The notes: generated by a model not told the origin, from the sequence alone. A stretch of DNA of 14,744 nucleotides from Candidatus Nanohaloarchaea archaeon (GCA_041640075.1 JBEQAY010000001.1:1-14744), one strand, 5' to 3'; positions 1 through 8,112 are shown, numbered from the stretch's first letter. Program-made: numbers and translations.

Positions 1-92
1 AAATCGACATCTGGAAACCTTTCTCAGTACCCACGTACAAACTTCTCTCCGACGATATAAATAAATTCCACAAAAACAGCGAAAACAGGACA

Positions 93-108
93 AGGAAACT
101 TTTTTATT
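93..108 (+). promoter_or_regulatory. Putative BRE + TATA element for a leaderless or short-leader transcript of 131..847
   Basis: AGGAAACT followed by TTTTTATT. AGGAAACT ends 30 nt upstream of ATG 131, which fits archaeal promoter spacing. Confidence 0.5.
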
Positions 109-130
109 GGTTAGTAGTCACAAGAGGACT

Positions 131-847
131 ATGGAAGAGGTCGATGAATTTCTCTCGTCAGAAAGGTCCAGAAGAGAAGTACTAGCCGGAGCAGGCTCAG
201 CAGCCGTAGCAGCAATTGCAGGATGCTCAGGCGACGAAAACAATAATACCGAAAACCCTGGTTCAAACAGTACAGACGGAGCTACAGATGAACCAGGCTC
301 CGGAGAGGAAAGCGATCCGACAGGAACAGAAGGAGGCAGTTCCGGGACAGAAGACGGGAACCAGAGTACTGGAGAAGGAAACAGCGGTACAGAAGAAAGT
401 GGACCTGAGAGTTACGACGATGACGAGTCTCAAGCTGAAATTGAGGGCGAGGATATACTCACCAATAATTATTTAGGCTGGATAGAATTCGAAGATCCAA
501 GTGAACAGCTTCCCCAAGATAATTACAGCATCGAGGAGTATCCATCACTCGCTGCACTTATTTCAGAAGACTCAGAATCAAGTGAGGCTAATTTTAACGT
601 ATATGAGGATGACTTTGAAACTGTTTACTTTATGTGGTTGGAAGATGGAGATTTAGAAGGAGATGGTATAGGTATACTGATTCAAGGTGTAGAGGATTTC
701 GATGGCCAGATACATCAGGATTACAGTGGCAGTCATACTGACCAAGGAGCAGATCTAGAAGGCATCCTTAGAAACGTAGTTGAAGGATACAATGATGTTT
801 CTCCAAACTTGGATGAAGAATATGCGGAAATCCTAGGTGCGAACTAA
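131..847 (+). CDS. Acidic secreted lipoprotein with Tat-type signal and lipobox, low-complexity S/G/T/E/N linker and C-terminal globular domain of unknown function
   Basis: The ORF track starts at TTG 107, but ATG 131 is preferred because TTG 107 overlaps the TATA-like element. The N-terminus SRREVL-AGAGSAAVAAIAG-C shows twin Arg, a hydrophobic stretch and the lipobox AIAGC. A D/E/G/S/T/N-rich linker follows, with N-x-S/T sequons NNT, NST, NQS and NYS. Confidence 0.8.
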   Translation: MEEVDEFLSSERSRREVLAGAGSAAVAAIAGCSGDENNNTENPGSNSTDGATDEPGSGEESDPTGTEGGSSGTEDGNQSTGEGNSGTEESGPESYDDDESQAEIEGEDILTNNYLGWIEFEDPSEQLPQDNYSIEEYPSLAALISEDSESSEANFNVYEDDFETVYFMWLEDGDLEGDGIGILIQGVEDFDGQIHQDYSGSHTDQGADLEGILRNVVEGYNDVSPNLDEEYAEILGAN

Positions 848-1951
848 TCAACAGCTTCCAGACGCATCGGGCGCCTCCAAGTTAGTAATGACTATGAAAG
901 GATGGATTGTGTTTGCCTTTAGGCTTCCAGCAGCCTCTATATCAGGATTTCCAGGAAGCCTATCAAATTCAGCGCTGTAATACTGAGATCCTCTATCATT
1001 CCAATCATTTCCAGGGCCCTGTTCATTTATGTTTTTACCTACATTTATCTGTATATAACCTTCTGTTCCAGGACAAAGCTTCCATTCCTTTACATCACGA
1101 TCTCTCCAACCATGTCCATCACTGTAAGGAGGATTACCTATATCAGCAAAACCTTCAGCCGTAATGCTATCTTGTCTAGCAGCAGGATCCGCACCAATAA
1201 CGGTCAAAGTTCCTATAGGGCCCTCATCAGTATGGTGAGTGTAGGATTCGTCTGGCACCATACATTCGCCATCTAAAGGTCCGCTACCAAAATCATCCGG
1301 GTGTTCATCCATGCCAAGCCCCCTACGTCCTCCACCCGCTCCCGGGCCAGCGTGTAGGTATCTAATCACATTTGGTACAGTTTCATCTGTGACGTAAAAG
1401 GTGAAATCACCACTGGTTGAGCCTCCAGTGTGTTCATCGTATGCCACGCAAGGGCCTAATCTCACACCATCGGAACCGCTATTTTTTTCGGTAATCGTGA
1501 AGTCTCGTTTTGAATATTCTCCTTCCTGATCATTTATCCAGAAGTCATCTTCTCTGACAAACTCTTCAGCTTCCTCCCAGGCACCCTGTGACAAAGGTAG
1601 TTTGTTTTCAACTCCGTAGCAGTTGAATTCACTTTTTCCACTGTATGACTCGTTTAGTTCTTCAAAGTCATTATGTCTATTTGTATCATCTCTAACTTCT
1701 TCCCATGACGCCCAGTAGGTTGCTCCACCAACAGTTGTTCCTTTCTCGAATCCTCCGGCTTCAGGTGTGCATTGGTATCCTGTGTACGTTGCCCACATTA
1801 TGAACTGTGTCATTGCCTCTGTGTTGTTTATCTGTGCTCCGCGGGCGCCTGCGTTCTGTGCAGCGTCTACTGTCCCTAGCAGGAAGGCTGCTAGCGGGCC
1901 GGCGAATAAGAATACCAGTACTATTCCGAACATGACCTGTATAACGTTCAT
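848..1951 (-). CDS. Membrane-anchored extracellular protein, putative minor pilin or tip adhesin
   Basis: 367 aa. N-terminal hydrophobic helix (VIQVMFGIVLVFLFAGPLAAFLLG) is followed by an amphipathic helix and then a G/D/aromatic-rich domain with 6 Cys and N-glycosylation sequons (NNT, NES). It lies directly after a pilin-like gene (TAA-ATG) and downstream of the ATPase/platform pair. Confidence 0.65.
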   Translation of the reverse strand: MNVIQVMFGIVLVFLFAGPLAAFLLGTVDAAQNAGARGAQINNTEAMTQFIMWATYTGYQCTPEAGGFEKGTTVGGATYWASWEEVRDDTNRHNDFEELNESYSGKSEFNCYGVENKLPLSQGAWEEAEEFVREDDFWINDQEGEYSKRDFTITEKNSGSDGVRLGPCVAYDEHTGGSTSGDFTFYVTDETVPNVIRYLHAGPGAGGGRRGLGMDEHPDDFGSGPLDGECMVPDESYTHHTDEGPIGTLTVIGADPAARQDSITAEGFADIGNPPYSDGHGWRDRDVKEWKLCPGTEGYIQINVGKNINEQGPGNDWNDRGSQYYSAEFDRLPGNPDIEAAGSLKANTIHPFIVITNLEAPDASGSC

Positions 1952-2119
1952 TTATATCATACCTGCTGTAAGGCCGCTTAGTTGTGATAGCATTGCGTTT
2001 GCGATTTGTCCGCCTCCTATTATGTCTGTGGCGACTAGAAGTATTCCTGCTCCAAGCATCAGTGCGAGTAGGAGTATAGCTATCTCCCAGAACATCTGGC
2101 TGTTTCCTTTTCTTTTCAT
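1952..2119 (-). CDS. Small type IV pilin-like protein (55 aa) with class III-like signal peptide; not in ORF track
   Basis: Translated by hand: MKRKG|NSQMFWEIAILLLALMLGAGILLVATDIIGGGQIANAMLSQLSGLTAGMI*. It has a basic leader ending KG, then a ~20-aa hydrophobic helix. Glu is at +7 rather than the common +5. Its stop abuts the ATG of 848..1951. Confidence 0.75.
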   Translation of the reverse strand: MKRKGNSQMFWEIAILLLALMLGAGILLVATDIIGGGQIANAMLSQLSGLTAGMI

Positions 2120-2126
2120 AGTCGGG

Positions 2127-2213
2127 TCATATCACTTCTGCTGTCCAAATGTTGTACATCAGCCAGGCCATGCCTAGTCCTACAGCGACTGCAACTATCT
2201 CTTGGGTTTTCAC
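2127..2213 (-). CDS. 28-aa single-helix membrane micro-protein (putative); not in ORF track
   Basis: GTG start; MKTQEIVAVAVGLGMAWLMYNIWTAEVI*. It fills the gap between a TATA-like element (about 23 nt upstream) and the pilin-like gene (7-nt gap), and is almost entirely one hydrophobic helix. Confidence 0.5.
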   Translation of the reverse strand: MKTQEIVAVAVGLGMAWLMYNIWTAEVI

Positions 2214-2235
2214 GTTTTAGGGTTTCCTGTTCTTC

Positions 2236-2251
2236 GATAAAAAGCTTACCG
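2236..2251 (-). promoter_or_regulatory. Putative TATA-like promoter for the 2213->848 pilin-like gene run
   Basis: Minus strand reads GGTAAGCTTTTTATC, with the TTTTTAT ending 23 nt before GTG 2213. Confidence 0.4.
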
Positions 2252-2270
2252 GGTTTTTGTTCCTCTGAAA

Positions 2271-4445
2271 TTATACTTCCATTCCGGTGATTGCCCCTCC
2301 GAACATGACAGATACCAGCATCATTGTCACGGCATAGAGAATTACACCTATCATCATGACCTTTCCTATAAACGTGTTCTTGTAGGTGAGGTTTTCTCCA
2401 TGGACAATCTTCATATAGAAGGTTCCAAGTATGAACAGAAGCTGGATAAGGTATATCCCGACGACGAACTGAAGTAGCTCTGGAGGGATGGCCTCGTCCA
2501 GACCTTCCATCATTCCTCCAAGACCTCCGCCTCCAAGTCCTCCTGCACCCGCTGCGCCACCCGCTCCGTCTACCTCTGGAACCGATTGAGAGAGCTGATA
2601 CATGGCAGTTATAATCGTCTGGCTCATTCCTACCGCGACACCTGAGATAACGGGTGAAAGCATGTATGCCAGGAGCTGTATGGTGGTTGTCGACTCCTCC
2701 ATCAGGTCATTAAGCGTTTCCTCGGTCTTGTGGACGTCTTGAAGGTATCTAGATATGGTAAGCATGGTCTCAGCTGCCATGCCTGTCCCTTTCTTGGAGG
2801 ATTTCATTATAGCTGTCATAATCGTATCAATCATCTGGCTTGGGAAGTCACGCAGTGAACCGTACTTCTCGTCGAAAATAGCCTGTTCAAAAGTCATCCC
2901 CATCTTCTCAATATTTCTGTATGACTCCTGGAAGAGACTGGATATCTCAAGATCCTTGGTCGCTTCAGCAGCATCCTTCAATGCTATCTCGATAGGCGTA
3001 CCTCCTGAAACTTTGTTACCAAGCTCGAAAAGTGCATTAGGGAACTCAGACTCCATCTGTTCTATCCTGGACTCAGCTTCACGCCTTGATATAGTTCCAA
3101 GATACTTAGAAAGCCCTATACCAAGACCCAGCCCAACTATTATACTGACAGAACGTGTAAGCATAATAACAGGATTCAAACTTTCTTCTCCAGAGAGGAA
3201 TATGGTTGGCGTCGAAGCCGGGTCGACACTGGAAACCGGATATACCTCCGGAAATATCAGGTAACCGATCCACCCCCAGAGAGAAATCAGAATGAAGACT
3301 AAGGCGCCTAAAGGCCACGTAGGAATCCAGTGCGTGTCGCCGAATATATCCAGTTTGTACTTTCCTAGAGGAGGCATTGTATCATCGTTTACAGGCTGTG
3401 ACGAAACTGTAGGAGGTCTGGAGCTCAGTACTCTCTGCATGAAAACCCACAGGAATCCTGGAAGCATTATATTGAATACAATGAATAGATGCATCGGTGT
3501 AATCGCTCCACCCATGAATACAGAGATAAGCGGGAGCATGATCATGCCAAGTACTGGAAGCATAGCTCCCATAGCGTTTATAACCATTACAGGCGTCTTC
3601 AGTCCCTGTGCATAGTGCTTCATTTTCTCCTGAGTCCCATCCAGGATGTTATCTATGGAGTCCTGAAGCATGTCAGACCGGCGTCCATCATCTGATTCAT
3701 TCATTGCTGCCTTGATCAGGTTCAGAGACTCAAGGAAGTCCTTATTGAAATCCTTCCAGGTTTCAGTATAGTTTTCCAATGATTCCTCGATAGTATTGTA
3801 TTTACCAACCTCTACATCCCAAAGAACACCTTTGAGATCATGTGAAACCGGTCCCTGGAGGTTCAAAGCTGCAAACCTTACTGCGCCTTCAAGATTGGGC
3901 GACGAGCGCATGTATACGACCATATATAGTATCGCAAGAATCATCTCTCCTGAGCTCTCGATGACCTTGTTCTGGGCGGCAAACTTTGGTTTATAGAACA
4001 TATATGCGCCTGCACCGATAGGAGCTATGAGAGATATCAACATGAGAGAGGTAGGTATAAACGGTCCGAGAATCATGTTAAAAATGAAAGCAAAGGCCCA
4101 AATGAAGAAAGAGAAAACCCCAACACCTACAGCGCCTGAAAGTACCTGTCCAGGAGTCAAATTCCATCCAAGAAGATTTAAAGATGGGTTGAGCTGCTCT
4201 TGAATTGAATCGTCTGCTTCAAGACTAAATAAACCCGCCATCTTATAGCAGAGCTTTTCATAAGTATTTTGTTCCTGGGCTCGCTCTTCCTCCTCTTTAT
4301 ATTGTTTGTATTTACGTGAATAACCTCTCTTATTCGATCCTGTGTTGTACGGTGGACGCTGTATATCTCTGTCTAGATTATTAACTATTTCATTGATCTT
4401 CTCCTCTTTCGCTTCCCTCCTTTTCTCTTCGTCAGACCTTGACAC
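2271..4445 (-). CDS. Type IV pilus / T2SS-F family membrane platform protein (TadC/PilC/ArlJ-like, two F domains)
   Basis: 724 aa, polytopic. Two cytoplasmic F-type domains are visible (ILAILYMVVYMRSSPNLEGAVRFAA and EFPNALFELGNKVSGGTPIEIALKDAA), each followed by TM helices. It is adjacent to the ATPase. GTG start with AGGTG RBS 6 nt upstream. Confidence 0.88.
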   Translation of the reverse strand: MSRSDEEKRREAKEEKINEIVNNLDRDIQRPPYNTGSNKRGYSRKYKQYKEEEERAQEQNTYEKLCYKMAGLFSLEADDSIQEQLNPSLNLLGWNLTPGQVLSGAVGVGVFSFFIWAFAFIFNMILGPFIPTSLMLISLIAPIGAGAYMFYKPKFAAQNKVIESSGEMILAILYMVVYMRSSPNLEGAVRFAALNLQGPVSHDLKGVLWDVEVGKYNTIEESLENYTETWKDFNKDFLESLNLIKAAMNESDDGRRSDMLQDSIDNILDGTQEKMKHYAQGLKTPVMVINAMGAMLPVLGMIMLPLISVFMGGAITPMHLFIVFNIMLPGFLWVFMQRVLSSRPPTVSSQPVNDDTMPPLGKYKLDIFGDTHWIPTWPLGALVFILISLWGWIGYLIFPEVYPVSSVDPASTPTIFLSGEESLNPVIMLTRSVSIIVGLGLGIGLSKYLGTISRREAESRIEQMESEFPNALFELGNKVSGGTPIEIALKDAAEATKDLEISSLFQESYRNIEKMGMTFEQAIFDEKYGSLRDFPSQMIDTIMTAIMKSSKKGTGMAAETMLTISRYLQDVHKTEETLNDLMEESTTTIQLLAYMLSPVISGVAVGMSQTIITAMYQLSQSVPEVDGAGGAAGAGGLGGGGLGGMMEGLDEAIPPELLQFVVGIYLIQLLFILGTFYMKIVHGENLTYKNTFIGKVMMIGVILYAVTMMLVSVMFGGAITGMEV

Positions 4446-4458
4446 ATTTCACACCTGT

Positions 4459-6726
4459 CTAGTCCACCTGTCTGTCCAGCCATTCCTTCCACCTGGCATA
4501 GATTCTTTCAGTATCCTGCTCACCGTACTCCTCTGTCACCCGGTTTGAAAGAATGTGATACCTCTGGTTACATTTTGACACGAATTCGGCTTCCAGAAGC
4601 TCGTCATTACCTGTCTCCTCAGCTTTCTCAACTATCGCCTCTTTAATCTTCTTCCTGAGCTGGATATCATCCCATACAGCCTCCCAATTATTCTTGTAAC
4701 CCTTGATATTATCTGCAATCCTGCTGATAATCTCTGACTCTCCATTGAGGAGAGTATCAGTTGGCACAAGTTCGTCCTTGTTGCTGTCGTACCGCATAAG
4801 TTCAACAAAAGCGTCCTCCTTCAGTGGATCTTCCTCCCACTCCTTTCTGACCTCAGTGATGCCCGTTACACGTCTGTACGTTTCGAGTCCATCAGGGCTT
4901 CTGATCTTGTTGACTGAGACGATGATGTCGGTAGCCTTGAAGGAAGTTCTCGGCACGTTCAGGTCGTTCACCACTCTATCGAATACGGAGTATGCATCCT
5001 CTCCGTGGATTGTTCCTCCAACAAAGTTCGCTACAGCCCCAACACGCATAGCTTCATACAGCGCCTGGGCTTCATCAGATCTTACCTCTCCAATAATCAG
5101 TGCTGAGTCTCCAAGGCGCAGAGAGGTCCTGATAGCATTGTCTGCGCTCATCTCGCTTTCTACCTGAGTAATTACGGAACGGGATTTCATCCTCTCGATA
5201 TTGTAGCCTAGATCCTTCATCTGAGGTATAGGAAGCTCTAATGTGTCCTCTACAGTGACAATCCTGTGGTTTTTCATGATCTCAAGCATCGCTGCCGACA
5301 TCAGGGATGTTTTTCCTGCTCCTCGTGTTCCTGCAAAGAGATGTGACCTGTTCCCATCCACCAGGAAAGATAGGACGGCTGCACCGATGCTGTTGATAGT
5401 ATTGTTTTTGATGAAAAGTGGTAGTGTCCAAATACGGGATCTGTGGCGCCTTAATGTGAATGCTAGGCCTTCTGGGCTTAGATTTTCTTGTATTACTGCT
5501 ACACGTGCTTTTCCACCTTTAACCTCTGTTTCTGTGTCCAGTACCGGGTTTGCTTCGTCCAGAGGTCTCCCTGACTGTATCCTGAAACGTGTAGCCCATG
5601 ATTCTGCCTCTTCCTTTGTAGGTATCAAATTGGTTTCACAGTCCTCAAAGTCCTGATGAGTTAGGTATATAGGTGATTCCCCAATAGGAGAGTTGATGTA
5701 GATATCCTCCACCTTTGGGTCTGATATAAGTAGTTCTAGAACTCCTAGACCTGAGGTATAGCGGTTCAGTATCCCTGTAAGTGCTTCAAGTTCGTCAAGT
5801 GACAGATCCAGGCCCATCTGGTTGGCGATGTCACGTAGCATATCACGGCCGATGTTCTGGAAGACCTCCTGCATCCTGTCAGGCTGGGCGAACTCTCCCT
5901 CCTCTGGTTTGTGTGAGGCCATGAATCTTCTTGCAGCGTCCAGAAGTTTGTACTTCTCCTCCGGTAGATTGAATTCTGGCGGGTTGACATGGTAAACCGG
6001 TCTGGTCTGATCCGGTACCTCGTAAATCGAGACCTCAACATCTCCCTGAACATCGTATCTCGCCTTCTCCTCACCTCTCTCTGGAGGCAGGGACATGTAC
6101 TTTGTAAGCATAAAGTTCGGCCTGACCAGTGGGTGGAAGAATTCCCTGTAGATCTCCCTGTCGCCGACATGGTATCCGGTCAGGTAGTCCTGTGCCTTCT
6201 GGATCATCTCGCATTCTTCTAAGGTATTCATCACAGGGTTGATGACATCCTGGATGAAGTACTTGAGACAGCGCTTCTGCTGCGGGTAAGCGTGCTCCTG
6301 ATCCTGCTTCATATGTCTCTTTTTTCTTCTCAATTCGACGTACGCTCCTACAGGATCTCTTCTTAACTGGTCGAAAACTGTTTTCTGGACCTCAGGCAGG
6401 TGTTTCTCATAGAGCTGGCTGCATTTATCACGCTCTATGTCCTGGGATAGATACCCTTGAGATGAAATACTTCTTATAGCCTCTGCTATCTCTCTTAAAA
6501 GCCTTATCTGATCTTCTTCATATTCGTATTCTCTTGATTCTGATAATACTACGTTTCCTGCTTCCGGTATCTCCTGTAGAATGTTTATAACACGCGACAT
6601 CACTTCAGGGTAGTCCTCTATGGATGCTCCGTAGATCGAGCCGAGCATATTGATTTCGACGGTGCCTGTGTCGTCGTCGTATTCGTACTCGAATACGTCC
6701 TTGTTTTTTACGTCCATACCTAACAT
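4459..6726 (-). CDS. Type II/IV secretion system ATPase (VirB11/TadA/PilB/ArlI superfamily), type IV filament assembly motor
   Basis: 755 aa. Walker A GTRGAGKT, Asp box VEDTLEL, Walker B LIIGEVR, His box GTIHG, and typical N2-domain motifs (LLISDPKVEDIYINSP, TLRRH). The start may be ATG 6726 or ATG 6717. Confidence 0.95.
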   Translation of the reverse strand: MLGMDVKNKDVFEYEYDDDTGTVEINMLGSIYGASIEDYPEVMSRVINILQEIPEAGNVVLSESREYEYEEDQIRLLREIAEAIRSISSQGYLSQDIERDKCSQLYEKHLPEVQKTVFDQLRRDPVGAYVELRRKKRHMKQDQEHAYPQQKRCLKYFIQDVINPVMNTLEECEMIQKAQDYLTGYHVGDREIYREFFHPLVRPNFMLTKYMSLPPERGEEKARYDVQGDVEVSIYEVPDQTRPVYHVNPPEFNLPEEKYKLLDAARRFMASHKPEEGEFAQPDRMQEVFQNIGRDMLRDIANQMGLDLSLDELEALTGILNRYTSGLGVLELLISDPKVEDIYINSPIGESPIYLTHQDFEDCETNLIPTKEEAESWATRFRIQSGRPLDEANPVLDTETEVKGGKARVAVIQENLSPEGLAFTLRRHRSRIWTLPLFIKNNTINSIGAAVLSFLVDGNRSHLFAGTRGAGKTSLMSAAMLEIMKNHRIVTVEDTLELPIPQMKDLGYNIERMKSRSVITQVESEMSADNAIRTSLRLGDSALIIGEVRSDEAQALYEAMRVGAVANFVGGTIHGEDAYSVFDRVVNDLNVPRTSFKATDIIVSVNKIRSPDGLETYRRVTGITEVRKEWEEDPLKEDAFVELMRYDSNKDELVPTDTLLNGESEIISRIADNIKGYKNNWEAVWDDIQLRKKIKEAIVEKAEETGNDELLEAEFVSKCNQRYHILSNRVTEEYGEQDTERIYARWKEWLDRQVD

Positions 6727-6760
6727 TGTTATTCGAGCATTGGTAAAAGGTTAGGTAGAT
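6727..6760. promoter_or_regulatory. 34-bp divergent intergenic region (putative overlapping bidirectional promoter)
   Basis: Only 34 nt separate the ATPase ATG (minus strand) from ATG 6761 (plus strand). Minus strand has CCTTTTACC; plus strand has an AGGTAG RBS-like element before ATG 6761. Confidence 0.4.
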
Positions 6761-7204
6761 ATGCCGCAACAGCAGAACATCATAAACCAGGTTGTTGACC
6801 GGGTTAACGACTTCAACCGTAGAGTCCGAGATCTGGAAGAGAAGATCAGAAACCTCTCTGCAAGAGTCGACGCTTTGGACGATACAGTGATGAACAAGAC
6901 GGAGCAGAACAGTGATGATATCCAGAGCCTGGAGAACGACATGGAGGAGATCAGTGACCGGATGGCAAACATAGAGGTTGACATCAAGAACATCAACAGG
7001 GAGAAAAGGAAGTTTGTGACCTCCCAGGAACTGGATGAGATCGAGAACTACATGGATCTCATGAACCCTATCCACTCCTCATTTATGACCGAAAAGGAGT
7101 TCGAGGAGAAAATGGATGAGGAAGGATATATTTCCGAGGAAAAAGTGGAGAAGATGATTGAGGAGAAACTTGAGCAGGTTGCAGGAACTGACAATCAAGG
7201 TTAA
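6761..7204 (+). CDS. Acidic coiled-coil protein (147 aa), predicted trimeric alpha/beta coiled coil
   Basis: Continuous heptads over about aa 8-84. RhxxhE trimerisation motifs RVRDLE and RMANIE. Three (F/Y)-h-(T/S) motifs: FVTSQEL, FMTEKEF, YISEEKV. No TM segment. Confidence 0.85.
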   Translation: MPQQQNIINQVVDRVNDFNRRVRDLEEKIRNLSARVDALDDTVMNKTEQNSDDIQSLENDMEEISDRMANIEVDIKNINREKRKFVTSQELDEIENYMDLMNPIHSSFMTEKEFEEKMDEEGYISEEKVEKMIEEKLEQVAGTDNQG

Positions 7205-7248
7205 ATACCCGGAGAACATAAAATTTTGATAGCTAGAAGATAAGAGGA
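7196..7248 (+). promoter_or_regulatory. Putative promoter (CAAGG-TTAAATA) and RBS (AAGAGGA) for 7255..8112
   Basis: TTAAATA at 7201-7207 is preceded by purine-rich CAAGG. AAGAGGA at 7242-7248 is 6 nt before ATG 7255. Confidence 0.45.
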
Positions 7249-7254
7249 TTTGAA

Positions 7255-8112
7255 ATGGATTTCAAGCTCTTTGGACGTCTGAAAGACGACGATGGAGGAG
7301 GCGGCCAGAACAACTCCGCTGATAAACCAAGTCAGAGACAGCAACAGAATCAAGGAATGAATCAGATGGGAGGAGGCGGAGACGTAGGCAGAACAGTCAG
7401 CTCCATGTTCGACCAGGGATATTCAGAAGAGGAAATCCGAAACGAACTGCAGGGACAGTACAGTTCAGAACAGATAAACAGAGCGATAAACAACGCAGTC
7501 ACATCCTCCGCAACAAGCGGAGACCAGGATCAAGGAGGACCACAACCAATGAGCCCCTACCAAGAAGAAGACGATACACCAGATCCCTCAAACCAGGGAC
7601 AGAACCAGCAGAATCAAACACAACCGCAGCAGACCCAGCAACAGATATCCAACCAGGGGCAGGGCCAACAGCAGCAGGCACTGATGCAGGGATCAGGGGG
7701 GAACCAGGTTGACCCTCAGGTAGAGGAGCTTATCGAAACAATAATTTCAGAGAACTTCCAGAAAGTGGAACAGGAGTTCCAGAACGTTTACAGCGAACTT
7801 GATGTTATAGCAGAGGAACTTGAAGAACTGGAGGAAAGAGTACATGATCTTGAAGTACGGGATGACGAAGATCAGAAGGAATTCGTGGAAAAGATGGATG
7901 AGGTCGAGCAACATATTGACTCCTACGAATCAAGAATCGGAGGACTGGAAAAGGCATTCCAGCAGATGCTTCCATCACTCGTAGACAACATCAGAGATCT
8001 AACTGGTCTAGTCCAGGAGATCAAGCAGGAGCAAGGTATAGAAACAGACTCAAGTGTCTCAAGTCAAGAAGTCAAGGATGTAGATATGGATGCGTTCAGC
8101 AAGCAGGACTAA
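7255..8112 (+). CDS. Acidic protein with small helical domain, Q/N/G-rich disordered linkers and C-terminal coiled coil (285 aa)
   Basis: N-terminal MDFKLFGRLK, Q-rich linkers and a helical motif (VSSMFDQGYSEEEIRNELQGQYSSEQINRAI). Heptads over about aa 155-258 contain the RhxxhE motifs RVHDLE and RIGGLE. Confidence 0.85.
   Translation: MDFKLFGRLKDDDGGGGQNNSADKPSQRQQQNQGMNQMGGGGDVGRTVSSMFDQGYSEEEIRNELQGQYSSEQINRAINNAVTSSATSGDQDQGGPQPMSPYQEEDDTPDPSNQGQNQQNQTQPQQTQQQISNQGQGQQQQALMQGSGGNQVDPQVEELIETIISENFQKVEQEFQNVYSELDVIAEELEELEERVHDLEVRDDEDQKEFVEKMDEVEQHIDSYESRIGGLEKAFQQMLPSLVDNIRDLTGLVQEIKQEQGIETDSSVSSQEVKDVDMDAFSKQD

Noticed and set aside
1..70. Divergent gene starting at ATG 10 on the minus strand with TTTATTTATATC upstream
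   Set aside because: Plausible, but only three codons lie in the window, so it cannot be supported.
107..130. TTG 107 start of the lipoprotein
   Set aside because: It overlaps the TATA-like element; ATG 131 gives proper promoter spacing and a normal Tat n-region.
1949..1957. Programmed stop-codon readthrough fusing the 55-aa and 367-aa ORFs
   Set aside because: The stop is TAA (not a Sec or Pyl codon) and is followed directly by ATG; translational coupling is more parsimonious.
907..6222. Plus-strand ORFs 907..1164, 1767..2177, 2755..3264, 3292..3615, 3489..3695, 3796..3996, 4342..4548, 4703..5167, 5243..5656, 5989..6222 and nested minus-strand ORFs 3106..3318, 5766..6170
   Set aside because: Antisense or alternative-frame shadows of well-supported genes, with non-acidic S/I/F-biased composition unlike this proteome.
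2271..6726. Archaellum (arlI/arlJ) operon
   Set aside because: No archaellin, ArlH (KaiC-like), ArlF or ArlG genes are present in the window; the context fits a non-archaellar type IV system.
7330..7700. CAG/CAA-rich stretch as a DNA repeat or CRISPR-like array
   Set aside because: It is explained by Gln-rich coding sequence and has no constant repeat-spacer structure. No CRISPR array, tRNA/rRNA or IS ends were recognised anywhere in the window.
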